Positions 38,480 to 46,374 of a stretch of 50,741 nt of DNA are shown in pieces. Numbering within the stretch: the first letter of the stretch is position 1; each line of letters starts with the position of its first letter. Origin of the DNA: an uncultured Verrucomicrobiota bacterium. Lineage in GTDB: Bacteria > Verrucomicrobiota > Kiritimatiellia > RFP12 > UBA3636. A program made the position numbers and the translations under genes. The stretch lies in contig CASFKR010000001.1 of assembly GCA_949295265.1 (NCBI GenBank), positions 1-50,741 on the forward strand, written 5' to 3'. The notes beneath the pieces were generated by a model, which searched no databases, was not told the origin of the DNA, and was given only the letters and a program-made list of their open reading frames with translations.

Positions 38480-38956
38480 GCTCTTCTGTGGGTTTTGATG
38501 GGTTTAGGAGGAAAATGAGGCTGCGATCCGGTTTTATTTTCGCCTTGCCGGATGCGTGAAGGCAGACTGTCTTTTGAGCGGATGACAATCCGCAGCCATA
38601 TCGTACTAATAAACACCAAAACAGACGAAAAGTCAAGGGCGACAATGAAAAACCTGTACACGCATTTTGTGCTGGAAAAGACTGAAAACTCAATGTCAAG
38701 AGGTAAATGCCGGTTCAGGCAGATTTTTTGACGTCCAGTTGGAATTCTGAATAACTCTCCATTCCTCAATGAGTTACGCTTCTGTAAAAGCCGTATTTGC
38801 GTATTCAGACGTATTTTTTTATCCGCAAAAGAGCCTGTATTTTTGCATAAAAAATCGCTGCAGAGAAACTCCGATTCGGCCGGTGTCCGTCGGCCTCTCC
38901 GCCGATACTTCGCCGCGCAGGCTTCGTTGCGGCCCCGGTGCTGGCTGTGAAGCGTG

Positions 38957-39101
38957 AGGATTCGCTTCGCTTATCCTTCGCAGTACAGTTTGACCCCTTC
39001 AGGGTCGGAATATAGGGGGCGTTCTATCTCGGGATTCGCCGACGCTCATCCCGAGGGCGGCAATCTGCCGCTTGAGATAGTGCGCACCCCTTCGGGGGTC
39101 G
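38957..39101. repeat. REP-like cluster of short hairpins
   Basis: Two similar units GGATTCGC...ATCC...CCCCTTCRGGG. Hairpins at 38992-39006, 39028-39055, 39057-39071 and 39086-39099. Confidence 0.6.
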
Positions 39102-39159
39102 TAGCGGCAGCTACGCTGCGCTGGCACCGCATGGCGCCGTTGCGCGCTGACCTCATCGC

Positions 39160-39222
39160 ACTGGGGCTACTGGGGCAACTGGGGCAACTGGGGCTACTGG
39201 GGGCACTGGGGCAACTGGGAGT
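39160..39222. repeat. 9-bp tandem repeat (ACTGGGGCW), 7 copies
   Basis: ACTGGGGCT ACTGGGGCA ACTGGGGCA ACTGGGGCT ACTGGGGGC ACTGGGGCA ACTGGGAGT. Confidence 0.9.
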
Positions 39223-39412
39223 ACTGCGCTAGCTCATCTCCGTGCGCTGGCGAATTGTCCTGTTCGGCGTGTCAGCGCTGGCTCTGCCGTGTGGTCCCGC
39301 TTCCGTGTGGCTCGCTCCAGAGGCTTTGCCGCAGTTTTACGGTGTCCATACACCATTTGCCCCGCCGTGACAGGAACACGGACGGGGCTGAAAGGCAGCT
39401 GGAACTGCGGGT

Positions 39413-39498
39413 TGGTGCCTGAGGCGGGAATCGAACCCGCACGCTCTTGCGAGCAAGGGATTTTAAGTCCCCTGTGTCTGCCATTTCACCACCCAGGC
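39413..39498 (-). tRNA. tRNA-Leu(TAA)
   Basis: GCCTGGG/CTCAGGC acceptor stem, anticodon loop CTTAAAA, long variable arm, GGTTCGATTCC and encoded CCA. Confidence 0.97.
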
Positions 39499-39505
39499 GG
39501 GTATG

Positions 39506-40780
39506 TCAGTGCTTGAAGGAGCGCTGACCCGTAAAGACCATGGCTACATTGTGCTCGTTGCAGCAGTCAATGACATCCCAGTCGCGAAGTGCACCTCCGG
39601 GCTGGACAACGGCCGTCACGCCTTCGCGGATGCCGACCTCCAGACCGTCCCGGAAGGGGAAGAAGGCGTCGGAAACCATGGAGGCGCCGATGAGACCGCC
39701 CTTTTGCGCGGCGGCCGCTTCATCCGCCTCGGCACGGCGGCGCGCGCCTTCTTCCGCGCCGAATTTCTGGTCGAGTTCGTTGTACGGCGTCTGCCATTTC
39801 TCCCATGCAATCCAGTCGGCGAGTTTTTTGTAGGCTTTGTCGCGGGCGATTTCCGCCACGCCCACGCGATCCTGTTCGCCGGTGCCGATGCCGACCGTGG
39901 CACCATCCTTGACGTAGAGGACGGAGTTGGACGTGACGCCCGCTTCGACGAGCCAGCCGAACAGCAGGTCATCGAGCTCAGCAGGGGTGGGCTGACGGTT
40001 TACGCGGTGCATCGTGCCATCTTTTTTGCGGAAGCACTCCGCCGGGAGGAAATCGGCGGTGGTCCGGGCTTTGGGCACGAACGACCACTGGGCGACAAGG
40101 CCGCCATCAATGAGCGACTTGAAATCGATAAAGCGCGATGCGGCAAAATCGGCAAGCCGCGCCATGTTGCCGATTCGCATGACGCGCAGATTTTTCTTTT
40201 CCGCGAAAATATCCATCACGCCGGGCGCGAATTCCGGAGCGACCACGACCTCGGCATAGTTTTCCGCGATGAGACGCGCCGTTTCGACGTCGCATTCGCG
40301 GTTGAGCGCGATGCACCCGCCGAAGGCGGCCAGCCGGTCGGCTTTGTTTGCCCGGTAATAGGCATCCGAGAGGGAGTCAGCCCAAGCAACGCCGCACGGG
40401 TTGTTGTGCTTGATGATGACGGCGCACGGCTTCTGATGGAGATAGCGCAGGATGTTGAGCGCGTTGTCGGCATCCGTCAGGTTGATTTTGCCGGGGTGTT
40501 TGCCGCTCTGCAGCAGTTCGGGTTCACTCGCGAGGGTCTGTCCGGGCTGGATGCACTGGACATCGCCGAGGACGAGATTGCCGTTGATGAGCTTGTAGAC
40601 GGCGGCCTCCTGACCGGGATTTTCCCCGTAGCGAAGCCCTTTGGCCACGCCGTCAATCAGCCAATGCACCTTTTCGTAGACGAGGGTCTGGGTCTTGGGA
40701 CCGTCGATAAAGCGGATTTCCATTCGCGGCGTGAAATGGTCATCCATGATGGTTTTGTAAGCTTGCTTGAGATCGTCCAT
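39506..40780 (-). CDS. purH: PurH-family protein, AICAR transformylase-type region only (no N-terminal MGS-like domain)
   Basis: LRYGENPGQ, IIKHNNPCGVA, AFGGCIALNR, SNS, GEQDRV, SDAFFPFRD, VVQPGG and FTGQRSFKH. Start taken at MDDLK. Confidence 0.85.
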   Translation of the reverse strand: MDDLKQAYKTIMDDHFTPRMEIRFIDGPKTQTLVYEKVHWLIDGVAKGLRYGENPGQEAAVYKLINGNLVLGDVQCIQPGQTLASEPELLQSGKHPGKINLTDADNALNILRYLHQKPCAVIIKHNNPCGVAWADSLSDAYYRANKADRLAAFGGCIALNRECDVETARLIAENYAEVVVAPEFAPGVMDIFAEKKNLRVMRIGNMARLADFAASRFIDFKSLIDGGLVAQWSFVPKARTTADFLPAECFRKKDGTMHRVNRQPTPAELDDLLFGWLVEAGVTSNSVLYVKDGATVGIGTGEQDRVGVAEIARDKAYKKLADWIAWEKWQTPYNELDQKFGAEEGARRRAEADEAAAAQKGGLIGASMVSDAFFPFRDGLEVGIREGVTAVVQPGGALRDWDVIDCCNEHNVAMVFTGQRSFKH

Positions 40781-40976
40781 CGTCTTCGTGCATTCCGGGG
40801 TTAAAGGTGCGGAAATGGTAGCATATGCGCCGCGTTTATGAAAGTGCGCGCCGTGTTTCAGCCTTATCCCGGATTTTTGAGCCACACGGAGGAAGGTTGT
40901 GAAACTCAGCCTCGCGAAGAATTTAGATAATTGAGCCACACGGAGGGGCGAAGCCCCCTTCTGAAGTCTCTACTAA

Positions 40977-41017
40977 CGTTCCGACCAAGGTGTTAAATAA
41001 GGACTTTTTCTCGGCGG
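40977..41017 (+). repeat. Dispersed 41-bp repeat, copy 2
   Basis: CGTTCCGACCAAGGTGTTAAATAAGGACTTTTTCTCGGCGG. Confidence 0.8.
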
Positions 41018-41311
41018 CAGAGCCGCCTGAACGAAGTCAGTGCAACCATTGGAACGACGGCAAAGTTATTTTACTGAGACTTTCGGGTGAAAAAGGATTG
41101 GCGGACTATTCACGAGTATCTAGTCTTAAAAAGAGGCTGCAGGAGCCATCTTTCAAGAAATCTGGATCAATTATCCCGAAAAAAAAAGGATAAGCGCCCC
41201 GCGTTTTCCGGGGATTCTCGGTAAATCGTCGGTCGCGCAGGCGGTTCAACCTGAGTCCGCGCAGACACAACGGGGGAGGACGGATGAGGAGGCACGGATG
41301 TGCCATTCTAC

Positions 41312-41416
41312 GCATGATTAGCCCCCCTTCGATGGTCGTGGCCGCGCGAGCGCGACAGCGGTGCGGCGTGGGCGTGGTGGTATCGTTGCGCTGAAAGCCT
41401 TGCCGACATCTGCGGC
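41312..41416 (+). repeat. Dispersed ~100-bp intergenic element, copy 1
   Basis: 41371-41416 matches 46051-46096 at 40/46. The upstream GCATGATT...CCCCTTCG...CGCGCGAG segment is also shared. Confidence 0.8.
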
Positions 41417-41732
41417 TGCCGGGTTGCTGGGTCTGCGGTAGCTCCGCTGCGTGCAGTAACGAGCCGTCGTGTTCGTCCTGTACGTCCTGTCTGTCCTGTC
41501 TGCGCTGGCTGCGCGTCTGATGATTGCGTCAGAAACCGGGGCAGCCACTCCCTCCGGTTGGCTCAACCGACGCAATTCGCGTGCGCGTACGCGAGCGTGA
41601 CAAATTATATGAAATGGTTTGGTTGTGAGGACGGGCTCATTTTGCTAGACTCCGCACCCATAAAATCACGGAGAAGGTCATGTACGCTTTGGTGCAAGGG
41701 TTCTCCGCAATCTCTTTTATTTTACGAATTGT

Positions 41733-42554
41733 ATGGACTATTCGGATGTTTTGCGGAATGCGGGTACGCTTCTGGAAAAGATGCGCCGCGCCGCGCCACT
41801 TGTACACTGCCTGACGAATCATGTGGTGACGAATTTCACGGCAAACGCGCTGATGGCTGCGGGCGGCGCCCCGGCGATGATTCACGATCCGGAGGAAGCC
41901 GGAATCTTTGCCGGCGTGGCCAACGCACTCCTCGTGAATCTGGGAACGCTCGAGCGGGAACAGGCGCAGGCCATGCGCGCAGCGGTCCAGGCGGCCGTCG
42001 CGGCGGGTCGCCCCTGGGTGCTCGACCCGGTTGCCGTGGGTGCGTTGCCGTTCCGGACGGATTTTGCGCGCGAAATGCTCGCCCTCAAGCCCTCGCTGGT
42101 GCGGGGTAATGCCAGTGAAATTCTGGCGTTGAGCGGCGGCAAAAAGGGCGGGCGCGGCGTGGACAGCGTGGACTCCGTGCTGGATGCCGAAGCGGCTGCC
42201 CGCGCGCTTGCGGAGCAGACCGGCGGCGCGGTTCTCGTGACGGGCGCCGTCGATCTCGTGACCATGGCCGGACGCCCCGAAAGTGTCCTTTGCTGCAATG
42301 GTACGCCGCTGTTGACGCGCGTCACGGGCGTCGGGTGCTCGCAAGGCGCGATTGCCGCCGCGCTGTGCGCCTGCTGCGAGCGCGACTGGCTTATGGCCGG
42401 TGCGACGGCGGCGCTTCTGGTTGGGCTTGCCGGCGAAGTGGCGGAAAGTGAAACGCGGCGTCCCGGTTCCTTCCAGATTGCCTTTCTGGATGCGCTCGAT
42501 GAAGTGGACGCGGAGCTGATTCTCCGTTCCGGAAAGGGGGCAGTGGAAACATGA
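41733..42554 (+). CDS. thiM: Hydroxyethylthiazole kinase
   Basis: PLVHCLTNHVVTNFTANAL, NLGTL, VLDPVAVGA, RGNASEI and VTGVGC. Confidence 0.96.
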   Translation: MDYSDVLRNAGTLLEKMRRAAPLVHCLTNHVVTNFTANALMAAGGAPAMIHDPEEAGIFAGVANALLVNLGTLEREQAQAMRAAVQAAVAAGRPWVLDPVAVGALPFRTDFAREMLALKPSLVRGNASEILALSGGKKGGRGVDSVDSVLDAEAAARALAEQTGGAVLVTGAVDLVTMAGRPESVLCCNGTPLLTRVTGVGCSQGAIAAALCACCERDWLMAGATAALLVGLAGEVAESETRRPGSFQIAFLDALDEVDAELILRSGKGAVET

Positions 42555-43207
42555 GCGTCCTGGCGCCCGAGCAATATGCCGTTTATCTGATTACCGATAA
42601 TCCCTCGCGCTATGCGGGGGATTTTCTGGAAAATGTCGAAGCGGCGGTTGCCGGCGGCGTGACGCTCGTGCAGTATCGCGACAAAGAATCGGACGGACGC
42701 CGCCTGTACGAGCGGTGTCTGCGCCTTCGCCGTATGCTTCGCGAGCGCGGCATCCCCCTGTGCGTCAACAATCTGCCCGGGCTGGCTCTCGCGGTGGATG
42801 CGGAAGCCGTCCACGTCGGGCAGGAAGATATGCCGCCGGAAGCGGTCCGCCGCGCCGTGGGCCGCCGCATGGACATCGGCTGGAGCGTCACATGCGCGGC
42901 GGAAGCCCGTGCGGTGGACCGTTCGCTCGTGGATGCCGTTGGAATCGGTCCGGTATTCGATGCTCGTGCCACGAAGGCGGATGCGGCCGATGCGATGGGC
43001 CTCGCCGGGCTGGAGGAAATCGTGCGCCTGTGCAGCGGGCTGCCGACCGTTGCCGTCGGCGGCGTAACCGTCGAACGCGTAGAGAGCTTTTTCCGGACGG
43101 GCGTCGATGGCGTATCGGTCGTGTCGGCTTTTTCAAAATCGGAGCATCCGGGGGCCGTCGCTCAGGCGCTTCTGGAAGCCCGCAAGCGCGTGAAGAATCT
43201 TGCATGA
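42551..43207 (+). CDS. thiE: Thiamine-phosphate synthase
   Basis: GGVTLVQYRDK, VHVGQED, GPVF...TK and VAVGGV. ATGA overlap with thiM. Confidence 0.94.
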   Translation: MSVLAPEQYAVYLITDNPSRYAGDFLENVEAAVAGGVTLVQYRDKESDGRRLYERCLRLRRMLRERGIPLCVNNLPGLALAVDAEAVHVGQEDMPPEAVRRAVGRRMDIGWSVTCAAEARAVDRSLVDAVGIGPVFDARATKADAADAMGLAGLEEIVRLCSGLPTVAVGGVTVERVESFFRTGVDGVSVVSAFSKSEHPGAVAQALLEARKRVKNLA

Positions 43208-44118
43208 AGTTTTCTCGCGCGCTTTCTGTTTTCGCGGCGCTGATGCTGGCTTTTGCACCCGCCGGGCGTGCCGCACCCGCCGACGTCGGCGCGGCGCCGG
43301 ATGCGGTCCGCACCGCCGCAGCGACGTTGCCGCCGCTGGCGGGACTGATGGAGCGCCTGGCGGCGGGACGCTGGACGTGCGTCACGCTTGTCCGCGCGGG
43401 TCAGGATCCGCATACCTACGAACCGACGCCCCGCCAGCTCAAGTCCGTGATGGGCGCCGCGTTTCTCGTCGGAAGCGGCATGCCGTTTGAGCAGGTGCTC
43501 GGCGAACGCCTCCGGAAACTTGCGCCGCAACTCACGCTCATCGTTCCCGAGGTGCCCGCCGAATCGAAGCCTGCGCACGAATCCGCTTCTGCGGCCGTCG
43601 CGCCGCAGGAACATGGGCATGACCATGGTGCGGGCGAGCCGCATTGCTGGCTCGCCCCCGCCTGGCTCGATGTCGCCGCCGCGCAGATTTCCGCGGCGCT
43701 GACCGCCGCCGACCCCGCCGGGCGCGAAGCGTACGCCGCCGCGCTGGCTGCGTTCCGTGAAGCCCTCGCGCAAACCCTTGCGGATTTGCGCTCGCGCACC
43801 TGGCCAGCCTCCGCCTTCGTGGCGGTTCATCCCGCGTATGGCGGGTTTGCGCATGCCGCCGGGCTCGAACAGCTCGCCCTCGAGGAAAACGGTCAGGCCC
43901 CGGGGCCGCGCCACCTCAAGGAACTGCGCGACCGCGTGCGGGTACTTGGCGTTCAGGTGCTCTTTGTGCAAAATCAGACCGAGGCGCGGCGTGCCGCCCC
44001 CTTGGTGCGCGCACTGGGGTTGCGCACGGTGGAGGTCAATCCGCTCGGGCGCGACCCGCTGGCCACGCTCCGCGCGCTTGCGGACGGGATCTCCGAGCCC
44101 GCTCCGGCGCAGCCGTAG
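43204..44118 (+). CDS. ZnuA/TroA-family metal ABC substrate-binding protein
   Basis: Signal peptide MKFSRAL..., DPHTYEPTP, His loop EHGHDHG, PHCWL and VHPAYG. ATGA overlap with thiE. Confidence 0.9.
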   Translation: MKFSRALSVFAALMLAFAPAGRAAPADVGAAPDAVRTAAATLPPLAGLMERLAAGRWTCVTLVRAGQDPHTYEPTPRQLKSVMGAAFLVGSGMPFEQVLGERLRKLAPQLTLIVPEVPAESKPAHESASAAVAPQEHGHDHGAGEPHCWLAPAWLDVAAAQISAALTAADPAGREAYAAALAAFREALAQTLADLRSRTWPASAFVAVHPAYGGFAHAAGLEQLALEENGQAPGPRHLKELRDRVRVLGVQVLFVQNQTEARRAAPLVRALGLRTVEVNPLGRDPLATLRALADGISEPAPAQP

Positions 44119-44249
44119 CGGGCATCGGCGGCGTCGCGCATCGCAACCCGCCACGCACGGCCGCCCCATCGCCCGCCGTCCTGCAGCGTCCGACCCTGCC
44201 CGGACTCTCCCTTTTTTCTGTTTTTCGAACGCTTCAGCCAACTGCTTGT

Positions 44250-45872
44250 ATGAGTCTGCGCGGAAACATCGGGCGCGTCATGTCCGGCACTATGCTCAGC
44301 CGCATTCTGGGGCTGGTGCGGGAGATGTTGCAGTCGCGCCTCATTGGTGCGGGCATGGAGCAATCGGCCTTTTCGTTTGCGTTCTGCATCCCGAACCTCA
44401 CACGCCGCCTGTTCGGTGAAGGCGCGCTGACTGCGGCCTTTCTCCCGGTTTTCAAGGGCGAAATCGAAGAAGCCCGCTGGGCCTCCGCACAGCGGCTGGC
44501 GCGTGCCGTTTCGAGCATGATCTTTCTGCTGCTGGGCGCGGCCACGCTCCTCGTTATGCTTGGCATCACCGGGTTTCTGGAGGCGGCGGAGCCCGGTACG
44601 CGCGTCGGACTGACGCTCTCCCTGACGCGCACCATGCTCCCGTACGGCGTACTGATTTGCGGTGCCGCCTTCGGGATGGGCATTCTCAATGCGCTCAACC
44701 GCTGGAATGCCGCATCGTTTACGCCGTGCCTGCTCAATATCGTCTGGATTTCCGGGCTCGGTCTGGTCGCTTTTCTGCCTGGACTGGATGCCGCGGCGCG
44801 GGTGCGCATCCTGAGCGGTGCCATTCTCCTCGCGGGCGCGCTCCAGCTCGCATTCATGGTCTGGTGCGTCCGCCGCGCCAAGCGCGTCGAAGGACAGGGC
44901 GTCACGCTGGCACTGACACTGCAGGGGTGGCGCGATCCGCTGACGCGCCGCGTCTGGCACAAGACCTTTCAGGGCGCCATCGGCGCCGGTGCCAATCAGC
45001 TGTGCACGTTTGCCGACCAGATTCTCGCACAGTTGGCGTCGCCGTGGGCAGCCGGGGTCATCGGCTATGCCGACCGCCTGATGGAGCTGCCGCTCGGCGT
45101 TGTCGGCGTCTCGGTCGGTACGGTGCTGCTGCCGACGCTCAGCGGCGCTTTCCGGCGCAAGGAAACCGGCGAGGCGCAGCGCATTTTTCTCAAGGCAACG
45201 GGGGACATGCTCTTTATCATGATTCCGGCGGCGGTCGGTCTTGCCGTGCTGGCACCCGACATCACGCGCGTGGTCTATCAGGGACGCGCCTTTGACGAGC
45301 TGGCGACGCTCCGCGTCTCCCGTGCACTCATCTGCTATGCACCGGGCCTCGTTCTGTTCGGTCTGAACAAAGCGCTCACGCCGTGGTTCCATGCGCAGCA
45401 GGATATCCGCACGCCGATGCTCGTGACGCTCTGGATGGTCGGTGCCAACCTCGTGCTGAATGTACTGGCGGTCTTCTGTCTGCCGGTTGAATGGCGGCAT
45501 GCGGGCATTGCGTCCAGCACGGTTTTGTGCGCGCTCTTCACCTGTGTGTCGCTTCTGATTCTCGCGCGGCGGGGCGGATATTTCCCGAGCCTCCGGGCCC
45601 TGGGCCGCAAGGTGCTGGCGATGACGCTGGCCGCGGGCGTGATGGGCACCGTGCTCCTGCTGACCGCGCCCGTGCTGCGCGCCGCGGCTGTCCCGTCCTT
45701 CCTGACCGTCGATTTCCTGCGCCATGTCTGGACGCTCGGCCTGCAGGTCGTGCTGGGTGCCGCCCTCTACTTCCTCACGGTAATTCCCCTCCTGCGGGGC
45801 GGCGGGCGGGGAACCCCCGCTGGTAGTGCCGGCCGGGGCGGCGGTGCCGCCAACTCTGCCGGCTGGCGTTAA
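44250..45872 (+). CDS. murJ: Lipid II flippase MurJ/MviN
   Basis: SRILGLVRE, IPNLTRRLFGEGALTAAFLPV and YADRLMELPLG. Confidence 0.93.
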   Translation: MSLRGNIGRVMSGTMLSRILGLVREMLQSRLIGAGMEQSAFSFAFCIPNLTRRLFGEGALTAAFLPVFKGEIEEARWASAQRLARAVSSMIFLLLGAATLLVMLGITGFLEAAEPGTRVGLTLSLTRTMLPYGVLICGAAFGMGILNALNRWNAASFTPCLLNIVWISGLGLVAFLPGLDAAARVRILSGAILLAGALQLAFMVWCVRRAKRVEGQGVTLALTLQGWRDPLTRRVWHKTFQGAIGAGANQLCTFADQILAQLASPWAAGVIGYADRLMELPLGVVGVSVGTVLLPTLSGAFRRKETGEAQRIFLKATGDMLFIMIPAAVGLAVLAPDITRVVYQGRAFDELATLRVSRALICYAPGLVLFGLNKALTPWFHAQQDIRTPMLVTLWMVGANLVLNVLAVFCLPVEWRHAGIASSTVLCALFTCVSLLILARRGGYFPSLRALGRKVLAMTLAAGVMGTVLLLTAPVLRAAAVPSFLTVDFLRHVWTLGLQVVLGAALYFLTVIPLLRGGGRGTPAGSAGRGGGAANSAGWR

Positions 45873-45999
45873 CCGACCGGCCATGATTGCCCGTTGCGCG
45901 CATATGGGGAGGTTACGCTGCCTCGGGTCCCCGGGTACTGCCTCCGCAGCACCCGATGGTGCCTTTTTCAGTCGGCAGATTGCGGTGCCGCCTGAGGTT

Positions 46000-46096
46000 G
46001 CATGATTCGATCCCCTTCGCGGGTTGTGGTCGCGCGAGTACGGCGGCAGCGGCGCGGTGGTATCGCTGCGCTGGAAGCCTCGCCGATATCTGGGGC
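46000..46096 (+). repeat. Dispersed ~100-bp intergenic element, copy 2
   Basis: Homologous to 41312-41416. Confidence 0.8.
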
Positions 46097-46194
46097 CACT
46101 GGGGGGCACGGTTGTGCCTTTGATGGGGCCACTGGGGGCACGGTTGTGCCTTTGATGGGGCCACTGGGGGGCACGGTTGTGCCTTTGATGGGGC
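46091..46194. repeat. 32-33-bp tandem repeat, 3 copies
   Basis: TGGGGCCACTGGGGG(G)CACGGTTGTGCCTTTGA at 46091, 46124 and 46156. Confidence 0.93.
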
Positions 46195-46374
46195 TGCTGG
46201 AGCAACTGCACCTGGGCGTGCTGCACTGGCTTCGCCTTCGTGCGGCTCAGTGAGCAAAATTCCCAGCGGGCAAAGCCCGCCGGGAAAATGGATTGCCTGA
46301 ACACCTCAGTCGCATCGTTCGATGGGCCAGCGCTTGCGTGTACAATCACCGCCCGCACCAGCCATTGGATTGGC

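Noticed and set aside
36900-39413. Intact integrative element or prophage at tRNA-Leu
   Set aside because: No integrase, no phage genes and no duplicated tRNA 3' end (att site) found.
40877-40946. Mini-CRISPR (two repeats with a 38-bp spacer)
   Set aside because: The repeat is only 16 bp and non-palindromic, there are only two copies, and there are no cas genes.
41040-41730. TPP riboswitch upstream of thiM
   Set aside because: CTGAGA (about 41074) and AACCTGA (about 41248) are too far apart and the P4/P5 consensus is missing. A cmscan would settle it.
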